A DNA stretch of 64,000 bases, from positions 4,722 through 68,721 of the forward strand of contig CAVVWG010000009.1 in the NCBI GenBank assembly GCA_963751875.1, given 5' to 3'. The translations under genes were made by a program, and so were the position numbers. Position 1 is the stretch's first letter, and each line of letters starts with the position of its first letter. A model generated the notes under the pieces. It was given only the letters and a program-made list of their open reading frames with translations, ran no database searches and had not been told where the DNA came from. The stretch comes from an uncultured Thermoleophilia bacterium. Lineage in GTDB: Bacteria > Actinomycetota > Thermoleophilia > Gaiellales > Gaiellaceae. Positions 8,755 to 18,840 of this stretch are shown piece after piece.

Positions 8755-11706
8755 ATGGAACGCAAGCTCGCGACCGTCCTGTTCGTCGACCTCGTCGGCT
8801 CGACGCAGCTCGTCGCGAGCGCGGATCCGGAGGTCGTCCGCTCGCGCCTGACGCGGTTCTTCGACCAGGTCACGCACTGCATCACGACCCACGGCGGCAT
8901 CGTCCAGAAGTTCGGCGGAGACGCCGTCATGGCGGCGTTCGGCGTCCCGTTCGCGCACGAGGACGACCCGGAACGGGCAGTCCGCGCCGCGCTCGGCATC
9001 GTCGATGGCGTCGGCAAGCTCGGCCTCGAGGTGCGGATCGGGATCGAGACGGGCGAGATCCTCTCGGACGAGACCGAGACGACCTTTGCGACCGGCCTCG
9101 CGATCAACGCGGCGGCGCGCCTGCAGCAGGCTGCGCAGCCGGGCGAGATCATGCTCGGCCCGACCGTCGAGCGCCTCACCCGCCGCATCGTCGTCACGAC
9201 CCCGCTCGGCGCCCAGGAGGCGCGCGGCTTCCCCGACGGGGTCGAGGCGTGGCGCGTCGTCTCGGTCGCCGACGACGTCGGCCGCCGGCTCGTCGTCTCG
9301 GTGCCGCTCGTCGGGCGCGAGGAAGAGATCGAGCTGCTCCACAACACGTTCGCGCGCGTCGTCAGGGACAACCGCGTGCACCTCGTCACCGTCTTCGGCG
9401 CGCCGGGTGTCGGCAAGTCGCGCCTCGCGCGGGAGTTCATCGACGGCGTCGAGCGCTCGACGATCCTCACCGGCCGCTGCCTGCCCTACGGCGAGGGCGT
9501 CACGTACTGGGCCGTCGCCGAGATGGTGAAGGTCGCCGCCGGCATCACCGACGACGACACGGTCGAAGCCGCCAACGAGAAGCTCCGGAACTGCTGCGGC
9601 GACGAGGCGGTGGCCGATCTCCTGGCGCTGGCGTCGGGCGTGCTCGACGCGGTCGGTGGCGGCGAGCAGTCCGCATCCGAGATCGCCTGGGCGGCGCAGA
9701 CGTGGGCGACGGAGCTCGCCGACCTGCAGCCGCTCGTGCTCGTCTTCGAGGACATCCACCTGGCCGAGGAGCCGATGCTCGATCTGATCGAGCACCTCGC
9801 GAGCGGCGTCAGGGACGTGCCGCTGCTGATCCTCTGCCTCGCCCGCAAGGACCTCCTCGACGAGCGGCCGGCGTGGGGTGGCGGCAACGTGCGCTCGACC
9901 TCGATCGAGCTCGAGGCGCTGCCGGTCGCGGACAGCGCGCAGCTCGTCGAGGCGCTCGTGGCGGGCGAGTCGGCCGAGCTGACCGACGAGGAGCGCGACA
10001 CCGTGCTCGAGACCACCGAGGGCAACCCGCTCTTCATCGAGGAGACGGTGCGAATGCTGCTCGAGTCCGGCGGCCAGTCCGACGGGATTCCCCACACCGT
10101 TCAGGCGATGATCTCCGCGAGGATCGACCGGCTGCCGGAGACCGAGCGCACCGTGCTGCGGCGGGCCGCCGTCGCGGGACGCGTGTTCTGGTCGGGCGCG
10201 ATCGAGGAGCTCGGCGACAGCCCGATCAAGGGCGGCGAGCTCCACGACCTCGTCGAGCGCGACTTCCTCGTCCTCGAGCCCCGCTCGACGATCCGTGGCG
10301 AGGAGGCGTATCGCTTCAAGCATGTGCTGATTCGGGACGTGGCGTACGCGGGGCTGTCGAAGTCGTCGCGGGCCCTCCTCCACCGTCAGATGGCGCAGTG
10401 GCTCGCGGAGCGGCCGGTCGCGGACGAGCTCGTGGAGATCCGGGCCTTCCACCTCGACGTCGCGACGCAGCTCGCCGAGGAGCTGGAGGGAGCCGTTCCC
10501 GAGGAGCTCGCGACCGAGACCGCCGATGCCCTCGAGCAGGCGGGTCGGCGAGCGCTCGCGCGCGAGGCGAACAACGTCGCGCGCCGGCTCTTCTCGCGCT
10601 CGGTCGAGCTCGAGCCGAACCTCGAGCGGCGCTACCTCGCGGCCCACGCTGCGTGGCGCATGTCCGACTTCCCGACCGTCTCGGCCGAGATGCACGAGGT
10701 GAGCGAGGCAGCGAGCAGCGCGGGCGATCACCGGGTCGAGGTTCGTGCCCTGACCGCGCTGGCGCGCGTGTCGTTGTTCCGCGACGCCGACAACGCCTGC
10801 GCGAGGGAGCTCGCCGGCAGGGCGCTCGCCGTCGTCGAGCAGGGCGACGACGTGGGGCGGTTCGATGCGCTCGAGGTGATCGGCACGGTCTCGTACTGGG
10901 AGGGCGACCTCGAGGAGGTCGTGCGCCTGGCGAACGAGCGGCTCGCGATCGCGGAGCGGATCGGGCGCGCCGACCTCCAGAGCGGAGTGCTGCTCGAGCT
11001 GAACGACGTCTACAACGCCCGCCTCGAGACCGACCGGGCTCACGAGCCGCTCGCGCTCGCGATCGAGCTCGCCGGGACGAGCGGGAGCCCGACGACGCGG
11101 GGCTGGATCCTGCGCGCGTCGGGCCGGCAGGCGGCGATCGAGGGCCGGCTGGGCGACGCCGAGGCCGCCCTCGACGAGGCGCGAGCGATCTTCACCGAGA
11201 GCGGGGCGACGTTGACGCTCGCCCGCACGCTGAACTGGCTCGGAGTCGTGCTCTGGGACAAGCGCGACCTCCACGGGGCCGAGGAGACCCTGCGGGAGGC
11301 GATTCGCCTGCTCAAGCCGATCCAGGACCGGGGAACGATGGTCGAGAGCCAGCGCCTCCTGGCGCAGGTGCTGCTCGACCAGGGGCGCCTCGAGGAGGCG
11401 GAGCGCTTCGCCCTCGAGTCCCGCGAGACCGTCGGCGCGGGGGACGTGTCGTCGCGTTCGACGACGCGGCTTGCGCTCGGGCTCGTCCGGGCGGCGCAGG
11501 GGAAGGACGACGAGGCCGAGCGGCTCCTGCGGGAGTCAGAGGAGATCCTGCGGCCGACCGGGTTCCGGCGCCATCAGATCGCGCCGCTCGAGGCGCTCGC
11601 CGAGTTCCTCCGCTCGCGCGACCGCGACGACGAGGCGGTCGAGGTGGAGGAGGCGCTCGCAGCGCTCCTCGGCGGCTCCAAGGTCGAAGCCCGGACGACA
11701 GGATGA
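8755..11706 (+). CDS. class III adenylate/guanylate cyclase fused to STAND-type AAA ATPase and TPR region
   Basis: TVLFVDLVGST, KFGGDAV, INAAARLQ; Walker A GAPGVGKS, Walker B LVFEDIH; GNPLFIEE; helical repeats. Confidence 0.9.
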   Translation: MERKLATVLFVDLVGSTQLVASADPEVVRSRLTRFFDQVTHCITTHGGIVQKFGGDAVMAAFGVPFAHEDDPERAVRAALGIVDGVGKLGLEVRIGIETGEILSDETETTFATGLAINAAARLQQAAQPGEIMLGPTVERLTRRIVVTTPLGAQEARGFPDGVEAWRVVSVADDVGRRLVVSVPLVGREEEIELLHNTFARVVRDNRVHLVTVFGAPGVGKSRLAREFIDGVERSTILTGRCLPYGEGVTYWAVAEMVKVAAGITDDDTVEAANEKLRNCCGDEAVADLLALASGVLDAVGGGEQSASEIAWAAQTWATELADLQPLVLVFEDIHLAEEPMLDLIEHLASGVRDVPLLILCLARKDLLDERPAWGGGNVRSTSIELEALPVADSAQLVEALVAGESAELTDEERDTVLETTEGNPLFIEETVRMLLESGGQSDGIPHTVQAMISARIDRLPETERTVLRRAAVAGRVFWSGAIEELGDSPIKGGELHDLVERDFLVLEPRSTIRGEEAYRFKHVLIRDVAYAGLSKSSRALLHRQMAQWLAERPVADELVEIRAFHLDVATQLAEELEGAVPEELATETADALEQAGRRALAREANNVARRLFSRSVELEPNLERRYLAAHAAWRMSDFPTVSAEMHEVSEAASSAGDHRVEVRALTALARVSLFRDADNACARELAGRALAVVEQGDDVGRFDALEVIGTVSYWEGDLEEVVRLANERLAIAERIGRADLQSGVLLELNDVYNARLETDRAHEPLALAIELAGTSGSPTTRGWILRASGRQAAIEGRLGDAEAALDEARAIFTESGATLTLARTLNWLGVVLWDKRDLHGAEETLREAIRLLKPIQDRGTMVESQRLLAQVLLDQGRLEEAERFALESRETVGAGDVSSRSTTRLALGLVRAAQGKDDEAERLLRESEEILRPTGFRRHQIAPLEALAEFLRSRDRDDEAVEVEEALAALLGGSKVEARTTG

Positions 11707-11749
11707 ATCCGGTCGCCGCGGCGCCCGGCTTCAGCCGGTCGTCCGGGCT
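11688..11749. repeat. inverted REP doublet (30-bp arms) overlapping the cyclase stop codon
   Basis: AGCCCGGACGACAGGATGAATCCGGTCGCC paired with GGCGCCCGGCTTCAGCCGGTCGTCCGGGCT. Confidence 0.8.
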
Positions 11750-11756
11750 GAGACGC

Positions 11757-12576
11757 TCAGGCGCGGGCGAGAATCGACCTGATCGCCTGGCTCGAGGCCT
11801 CGTCGGGCGACTCGGAGATCACGGTCGCGGGCCGCTCGAAGCGCTCGAGCGCCTCCCGCAGCGGATCGGCCCGCAGCGTCCCCTCGCCGTAGGGCAGGTG
11901 GTGCTTCTCGTTGCGGTTCGCGTAGGCGATGTCGGAGAAGTGGATGTGGAACGGCACGCCCGGCTCGAGCACGTCGTCGACTGCCTCGAGCGCCTCGGCG
12001 AACAGGCTCGCCTCGAGATACGCGCCGTCGCTCGTCGCGTGCATGTGGGCGAAGTCGAGCACGGGCCGCACCCAGCCCGTCCGGGCGGAGATCTCGACGA
12101 CATCGTCGAGCGAGCCGAGGTCGCGCACGCGCCCCATCACCTCGACGCCGAACGGCACCGCGCGTCCCTTGCCCTCGAGCCGCTCGCGCAGCGTGCCGAG
12201 CTGCTCGACGACCGACGCGATCGCGTCCTCGCGCGAGCGGCCGAGCAGGAAGCCCGGGTGGAACACGACGACCTCGGCACCGCACGCCGCCGCGATGCCG
12301 GCGCTGCGGTCGAGCGCGCCGACGGCGGAGGAGAACTTCCGTCCCTCGGCCTCGAGATGACCCATGAAGCCGAACAGCGGTGCGTGGACCGACAGCACGA
12401 TGTCTGCGGCGCGCGCCACCTCGCCGAGCTTCTCGGCCCACGGGTAGTCCATCCAGAAGCCGCCTTCGAAGTCGATCTCGCAGGCGTCGTAGCCGCGCTC
12501 GAGCAGGAGCTCGATCGGCCCGCTGCGGGTCGTCGCGGGCGGGGATGCCGGGCAGGCCGACACGGATGCGCGCCAT
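11757..12576 (-). CDS. nfo: endonuclease IV family TIM-barrel protein, archaeal-like (N-terminal frameshifts)
   Basis: SVHAP, VVFHPG, EVMGR, DFAHMHA, HIHFS, EKHHLP metal-ligand motifs. Confidence 0.75.
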
Positions 12577-12590
12577 ACCGGGAAGCTACC

Positions 12591-12616
12591 TGGGGCGAGG
12601 CTCGAGCCTCACCCCA
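12591..12616. repeat. REP-like palindrome variant TGGGGCGAGGC-TCGA-GCCTCACCCCA
   Basis: 11-bp stem with one mismatch. Confidence 0.6.
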
Positions 12617-12654
12617 GTGCCCCGAAAATGTGCCTCTTTGCGGGGATTCTGATG

Positions 12655-12677
12655 CCGTCCGATACCACTCGTACCCT
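12655..12677 (+). promoter_or_regulatory. putative PafBC-type promoter CCGTCCG-N10-TACCCT
   Basis: Identical geometry to the recJ promoter; ATG 6 nt downstream. Confidence 0.6.
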
Positions 12678-12683
12678 TGAACC

Positions 12684-12920
12684 ATGGAACAGCCCACGCG
12701 CATCGACCTGCTGGAGCTCGACATCGACCTCCGCCTCGCCGACCTCTGGCGCGAGGCTGCCGACGTGACCGAGTGGAACCTCGAGGTCGTCTCCGCCTTC
12801 ATGCGGGCCGCGTACGGCAAGGGCTACTGCGATGCCTTCACCGAGGACTCGCCGGGCTCGCTGTGCCACGACCACGGGTACGAGATCCCGGGTCAGAAGC
12901 GCACCATGCGCGCCGCCTAG
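12684..12920 (+). CDS. 78-aa hypothetical protein
   Basis: Protein-like ORF MEQPTRIDLLELDIDLRL...RAAYGKGYCDAF with its own leaderless promoter. Confidence 0.75.
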   Translation: MEQPTRIDLLELDIDLRLADLWREAADVTEWNLEVVSAFMRAAYGKGYCDAFTEDSPGSLCHDHGYEIPGQKRTMRAA

Positions 12921-12982
12921 GGGCTGACCCTGGATCGTGCACGCCTGCCGGCGTCGGCTCGGCGTCGGGTATCCTCTCTACC

Positions 12983-13391
12983 GTGGCCAGGAAGCGGTCT
13001 CCGGCGCGACTCGTCATCGCCCTCTCGATCGCGGCGGTGCTCGCAGTCTTTCTCCTCTACACCTCGATTGCAGGTGGGGGAACGCCGTCGCTCAAGCCGA
13101 GCCAGCTCGACGGCACAGACAGGAAAGGTGTCGCTCGTCGGCAAGGTGGTCGGGAAGCCGACAGGAGACTCGCACGCAGGCGGCCTGCGCTTCAAGCTGC
13201 GCGACGTGAAGGACCCGTCGAGCAAGACGGTCGCGGTGGTCTACACGGGCAGCGTTCCCGACCTCTTCCAGACCGACCGCGACATCGTCGTCGACGGCCG
13301 GCTCCGGAACGGCACCTTCGTCGCCACGCCGGGCTCGATGGTGACGAAGTGCCCCTCGAAGTACTCGGCCGCCAAGCCGTCCGCGCAGTAG
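12983..13391 (+). CDS. ccmE: cytochrome c maturation heme chaperone CcmE (CxxxY type; frameshift)
   Basis: N-terminal TM; VYTGSVPDLF, TKCPSKY. Confidence 0.9.
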
Positions 13392-15410
13392 ATGGCTGAG
13401 CTCGGGCGGGCGGCGCTCGTCGTCACGCTGGGCCTCTGCCTGTACGCGACCGTGGCAGGCGCCTACGCGGCCTCGCGACGGCGGCGTCGGCTCGCCCAGT
13501 CCGCGCGCAACGCCCTCATCGCCGCCTTCGGCTCGACGGTCGTCGCGGCCGGCGTGCTCGCGGCCGGGTTCCTGCGCAGCGACTTCTCGCTCACCTACGT
13601 CGCCGACCACTCCAACCGGTCGCTCGGCGGCGTCTACAAGCTGTCGGCGTTCTGGGGCGGGCAGGAGGGCTCGCTGCTCCTCTGGCTCCTGATCCTGACC
13701 GGGTACGCCGCGCTCGCCGTCTGGGTCAATCGCAACCGCACCCGCGACCTCGTCGTCTGGGTGACGCCGGTGCTCGCCGCGATCGCGGTCGGCTTCTCGT
13801 TCCTCCTCGTCGTCGTGGCGAGCCCGTTCGCGACGCAGGTGACCCCGCTCGACGGCGCCGGGCTCAACCCGAGCCTCCAGAACCCGTACATGATGGCGCA
13901 CCCGCCGTTCCTCTACCTCGGCTACGTCGGCCTGGCGGTGCCGTTCGCGTTCGCGATGGGCGCACTGCTCTCGGGTCGCACCGACGAGCGCTGGATCGTC
14001 GCGACGCGCCGCTGGACGCTGATCGCCTGGACGGCTCTCGGCGTCGGCCAGCTGCTCGGGGCGCACTGGGCCTACGTCGAGGTCGGCTGGGGCGGCTACT
14101 ACGCCTGGGATCCGGTCGAGAACGCCGCCCTGATGCCGTTCCTCGCCGCCACCGCCTTCCTCCACTCGGTGATGATCCAGGAGAAGCGCGGGATGCTGAA
14201 GGTGTGGAACGTCGTTCTCGTCGCGCTCGCGTTCTGCCTCTCGCTGTTCGGCACCTTCCTGACGCGCTCCGGGGTCGTCAACTCGATCCACTCGTTCTCG
14301 CAGAGCGACATCGGCCCGTGGTTCCTCGCGTTCATCGTGATCGCCGTCATCTTCTCGACGGCGCTGATCATCTGGCGCCTGCCGCTGCTTCGCTCGACGA
14401 CGAGGCTCGAGTCGCTCGTCTCGCGCGAGGCGGTGTTCCTCTACAACAACCTGCTGCTCGTGGCGCTGTGCCTGACGATCCTCTGGGGCGTCGCCTGGCC
14501 GATCCTCTCGGAGGCGGTTCGCGGCACGTCCGTGGTCGTCGGCCGCCCGTACTACGACTTCTTCCTCCGCATCTTCGGGCTGCCGCTGTTGCTGCTGATG
14601 GGCGTCGGGCCGCTGATCGCCTGGCGGCGCGCTTCGCTGCGCGGGCTCGGGCGGACCTTCACCGTGGCCGGCCATCGTCTCGGTCGCGACGGGCGTCGTG
14701 CTCCTCTTCCTCGGGGCGGGCTCCTCGATTCCGGGGCTGATCGCCTACACCTTCTCGGCGTTCGTGCTGGCGGCGATCGCGCTCGAGTTCGTCCGGGGCA
14801 CGAAGGCGCGCAAGGCGCTCTCGAACGAGTCGTGGCCCGGCGCCTTCACCTCGCTGATCGGGCGCAACCGGCGCCGCTACGGGGGCTACGTCGTGCACGT
14901 GGCGATCGTCCTGCTGGCGATCGGGATCGCCGGCTCGAGCGCCTACGACTCGGTCGTCGAAGGGAAGCTCGCGCAGGGGCAGTCGCTCGAGGTCTCGGGG
15001 TACAAGGTCACCTACACCTCGCTCACGGAGCGCGACACCCCGCACGCAGCCGAGGTGCGCGCGCACCTGCTCGTGAGCCGGAACGGCAAGGATCTCGGCA
15101 CGCTCGAAGCGGGGAAGAACTCGTACAAGATCGCCGGTCCCGATCCGCAGGTCTCGTCCGAGGTCGGCATCCGCACCGACTACCCGACCGGTGAGGACCT
15201 GTTCGTGATCCCGGAGCAGATCAACGACGACGGCTCCGTCTACTTCCGCATCTTCGTCAAGCCGCTCGTGAACCTGATCTGGCTCGCCGGGATCGTGTTC
15301 CTGCTCGGGTCGGTGATCGCGCTCTGGCCGGATGCGCGCGAGCAGCGTCGCCTCGCCGTGCGCTACGACGAGGCCGGCAGCCCGGCCAGCCCCCCGCCCG
15401 CGGCCGGTGA
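13392..15410 (+). CDS. ccmF: cytochrome c heme lyase CcmF (frameshifted)
   Basis: WGGQEGSLLLW, LNPSLQNPYM.HPP, WGGYYAWDPVEN, GTFLTRSG..SIHSF, KPLVNLIW. Confidence 0.95.
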
Positions 15411-15760
15411 ACATCGCGTTGGTTCTCGGGGCGGCGCTGGCCGTCCTCTGTGTCGTGCTGGTCGCGTTGCCGTTCCTCCGCGAGCCGGAGCCCGTCTCGG
15501 ACGAGCTCGACGAGCTGACGCCGGAGCGCCGCCGCCGGCTGGCCCTCGCGGAGGAGCGCGATCGCGCGCTCGCGGCGCTGAAGGAGCTCGAGGCCGACCA
15601 CCGCGCCGGCCGCGTCAACGACGAGGACTACCGCGCCTCGATCGGGCCGCTGCGGCGCGAGGCGGCGGAGGCGTTGCGGGCGCTCGATCGGCCGGCGCCG
15701 GTGGACGAAGCCCAGGGCGAGAGGCTGAAGCCTCGCCCCGCTCGCAGCTCGCCGCGTCAG
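15407..15760 (+). CDS. CcmI-like cytochrome c biogenesis accessory protein (3' end uncertain)
   Basis: N-terminal TM then ALKELEADHRAGRVNDEDY; coupled to ccmF. Confidence 0.65.
15715..15739. repeat. REP-like palindrome
   Basis: GGGCGAGAGGC-TGAA-GCCTCGCCC. Confidence 0.7.
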
Positions 15761-16290
15761 GCGGCGTCGGTGGCCGCGGCCGGGAGCGCCTCGGCCGGGA
15801 TGATCCGCACATCCGGAAGCGCCCGCCAGCGCTCCTCGAGCCCGAGGCCGTAGCCGGCGAACAGCTCGTCCGGGACGGTGAAGCCGACGTACTCGAGCCC
15901 GATGTTCTCGACGAGGCGGCGGTAGGGGCGGTCGAGCAGCGTCACGGCGGCGATGCTCTTCGGGCCGCGCTGCGCGAGCGTGCGCGTGAGGAACGCGAGC
16001 GTCAGGCCCGTGTCGACGACATCCGCCACGAGGATCACGTCGCGTCCCTCGATCGACTGGTCGAGATCCTTGAGCAGCCGGACACCGCCACGGCCGCCGT
16101 CCGAGTAGCCCGCCAGCTCGATCAGGTCGATCGTGTGCAGGATCGGGATCGCCCGCGAGAGGTCGGCGAGGAAGACGGCGCTCGACTTCAGCGGCGCCAC
16201 GAGCAGCGGCTCGCGGCCGGCGTAGTCCGCGGCGATCGCAGCGCCGAGCTCGCCGACGCGCGCAGCGATCTCGGCAGCCGAGATGACCAC
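15757..16290 (-). CDS. hpt: hypoxanthine phosphoribosyltransferase-like protein with atypical active-site motifs
   Basis: ISAAEIAARVGELGAAI, VILVADVVDTGLTL, VGFTVPDELFAGYGLG, WRALP. Confidence 0.75.
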   Translation of the reverse strand: MVISAAEIAARVGELGAAIAADYAGREPLLVAPLKSSAVFLADLSRAIPILHTIDLIELAGYSDGGRGGVRLLKDLDQSIEGRDVILVADVVDTGLTLAFLTRTLAQRGPKSIAAVTLLDRPYRRLVENIGLEYVGFTVPDELFAGYGLGLEERWRALPDVRIIPAEALPAAATDAA

Positions 16291-16313
16291 CTCTCCGACG
16301 GTGTCGGGGGCGC

Positions 16314-16682
16314 CTACGATGCGAGCTTCAGTCGGTATCGCTGGGCGAGGCGCTCGAGATCGCGCCGGTAGAAGAGCTTGACGTTGACGTGCGGGTACTG
16401 CTCGCGGAGCTCGCGAAGCTTGCGGTTCTTCCGGGTCACGAGCGACTGCTTCATCACCGTCACCTCGATGTAGAGATCCTCGTCCGGAAGGTAGAAGTCG
16501 GGCGTGAACGCCCGCGTGACGCGTCCCTCGTCGTCACGCTCGAGCACGAACGAGGTCGGCTCGTAATCCCAGGCGACTCCGTACCAGTCGAGGATCCTGG
16601 CGCATTCGAGCTCGATTCGGTTCGCGAACCGCGGCGGCTCGGTGCCGCGGTAGGCCTGGAACCGGTGGGATTCCGACCGCAC
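16314..16682 (-). CDS. PD-(D/E)XK nuclease-like protein
   Basis: FANRIELECARILDWYGVAWDYEP...FTPDFYLPDEDLYIEVT. Confidence 0.7.
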   Translation of the reverse strand: MRSESHRFQAYRGTEPPRFANRIELECARILDWYGVAWDYEPTSFVLERDDEGRVTRAFTPDFYLPDEDLYIEVTVMKQSLVTRKNRKLRELREQYPHVNVKLFYRRDLERLAQRYRLKLAS

Positions 16683-16688
16683 GAGTCA

Positions 16689-16711
16689 ACGGTACTCGCG
16701 CTCTCGGACGG
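16689..16711 (-). promoter_or_regulatory. putative PafBC-type promoter CCGTCCG-N10-TACCGT
   Basis: Minus strand reads CCGTCCG agagcgcgag TACCGT tgactc GTG. Confidence 0.6.
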
Positions 16712-16751
16712 CCCTCTCGACCGGGGCGGCGTCCCCACCTAGACTGCGGCC

Positions 16752-17562
16752 ATGGCCAACGGCGCCGCCAACCCCTTCAGGATCGCGCATTTCTCCGACC
16801 TGCACTGCGGGGAGCAGTACTTCGAGGCGACCCTGCTCGACCGCGCGATCGCCGAGATCAACGAGCTCGCAGCCCGACATCGTGATCTGCTCCGGCGACC
16901 TCACGAGCTTCGGGTTCAAGCACGAGTACCAGCTCGCCCGCCAGTACCTGGACAAGATCGAATGCGAGTCACTGGTCGTCATCCCCGGGAACCACGACTC
17001 GCGCAACGTCGGCTACGTGCACTTCGAGGAGCTGTTCGGCGAGCGCAACAGCGTCCTGCGCAAGGGCGGGGTGACGGTCGTCTCGATCGACTCGACCGAG
17101 CCCGATCTCGACCACGGCCAGATCGGGCGTGGCCGCTACCCGTGGATCGAGCGCGAGTTCGCAGCTCAGCCCGCAGACCTGAGGGTCTTCGTGCTGCATC
17201 ACCATCTCTTGCCTGTGCCCGGCACCGGGAGGGAGCGAAACGTCGTCTACGACGCGGGAGACGTGATCGAATGCCTCCTGCGAGCGGGCGTGCAGCTCGT
17301 TCTCTCCGGTCACAAGCACGTCCCGTACGCGTGGCGGCTCGAGAACCTCTTCGTCGTCAACACCGGCACCGTCTCGTCGCTGCGCTTGCGGGGGAACTCT
17401 CGCCCCTGTTACAACGTAATCGAGATCACCGGCAGCCATGTCGACATCTGGCGCCGGCATCCGTTCCACGGACAGGAGCGCATCATCCAGTTCTCCACCG
17501 ACACCTTCGAGTACGAGAAGTACACCGGCCGGATCGAGTCCGAGGTGACAGCGCGCTCGTGA
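16752..17562 (+). CDS. calcineurin-like metallophosphoesterase (CpdA/Icc-like; frameshift near 16870)
   Basis: FSDLH, SGDLT, PGNHD, LHHH, SGHKH. Confidence 0.92.
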
Positions 17563-18840
17563 GAGCGGTGGCCGTGATCGACGGAGAGCATTACGCCTCC
17601 GTGGTCAGGGACGCCCTCGCGGAGCTGCCGCAGGAGATCGTCGCCTGCGTCCTCGTCGGCGGCACCGAGAAGCTGCGTGGCGGGGAGGAGTACGGCGTGC
17701 CGCTCGCGTCGTCGCTCGAGGCGGCAATCCTCGAGCACGCGCCCGATGTCGTGCTCGATCTCTCGGATGAGCCCGTGCTCGGGCCTCCGGCCACGGTTCC
17801 GGCTCGCCGCCCGCGCCCTGGCGCTCGGCGTGCCGTACGAGGGCGCCGACTTCAGGCTCGAGCCGCCGCGCTTCGAGCCGATCGGGACGCCGTCCGTCGC
17901 CGTGATCGGCACCGGCAAGCGGGTCGGCAAGACGGCCGTGACCGGGCACGTCGCGCGGGTGATGGCCCGCGATCGCCGCGTCGTCGTCGTCGCGATGGGG
18001 CGAGGGGGGCCGGCCGAGCCCGAGGTCGATCGACGTGCAGCCGACCGTGGCCGACCTGCTCGAGCTCTCCCGCGCCGGGCGCCATGCGGCGTCCGACCAC
18101 CTCGAGACGGCAGCCCTGACGGGGCTGCCGACGGTCGGTTGCCGGCGCTGCGGTGGTGGGCTCGCCGGGGCGGTCGGTGTCTCGAACGTTCTCGCGGGCA
18201 CGCGGATCGCCGAGGATCTCGGGCCTGACCTGATCGTGCTCGACGGCAGTGGCGCTGCGTTGCCGCCGATCGCGGCCGAGCGCCGCATCCTCGTCGTCGG
18301 CGCGCATCAGGATCACGCGGTTGCGACCGGGTATCTCAATCCGTACCGGGCGCTGCTCGCGGATCTCGTCGTCGTGGCGATGGCCGAGGACGGCGTCGAG
18401 CACGGTCGCGCTCGCGGCACAGCTCTCCGAGCTGACGCGACCGGGCGTCCCCGTCGTCCGCGCCGTCTTGCGTCCGCGGCCGCTCGCCGACGTCCGGGGC
18501 CGGAGGGTCGCGTTCTTCGGCACCGCGCCCGCCGCGCATCACGAGCGGATCGCCGAGCATCTCCGCTGCGGCCTACGGCGCCGATGTCGTCTCCGTCTCG
18601 GGCAGCCTCTCCGACCGCGCTGCGCTCCGGCGCGAGCTCGCCGGCCTCGATGCGGACGTCGTGGTCGTCGAGATCAAGGCCGCCGCGATCGACGTCGTCG
18701 CCGAGGAGGCGGCGCGGCGCGGAATCGAGGTCGTTCTGGCCGGAAACGACGTCGTGCCGCTCGCCGGCGAAGCCGATCTCGACGCGGAGCTGGAGCGGCT
18801 TGCGGCCGAGGCGATCGCGAGCGCGATGGTGGGCGTGTGA
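17559..18840 (+). CDS. cpgS: cyclic 2,3-diphosphoglycerate synthetase (several frameshifts)
   Basis: IDGEHY, GGTEK, DLSDEPVL, YEGADF, GTGKRVGKTAV, VAMGRGGP, HAASDHLE, GCRRCGGGLAG, DGSGA, EIKAAAIDVV. Confidence 0.88.

Noticed and set aside
8697-12680. Very long alternative-frame and antisense ORFs (e.g. 1327 aa, 841 aa, 650 aa)
   Set aside because: Arg/Ala/Pro-rich shadow ORFs expected at high GC; they overlap well-supported genes.
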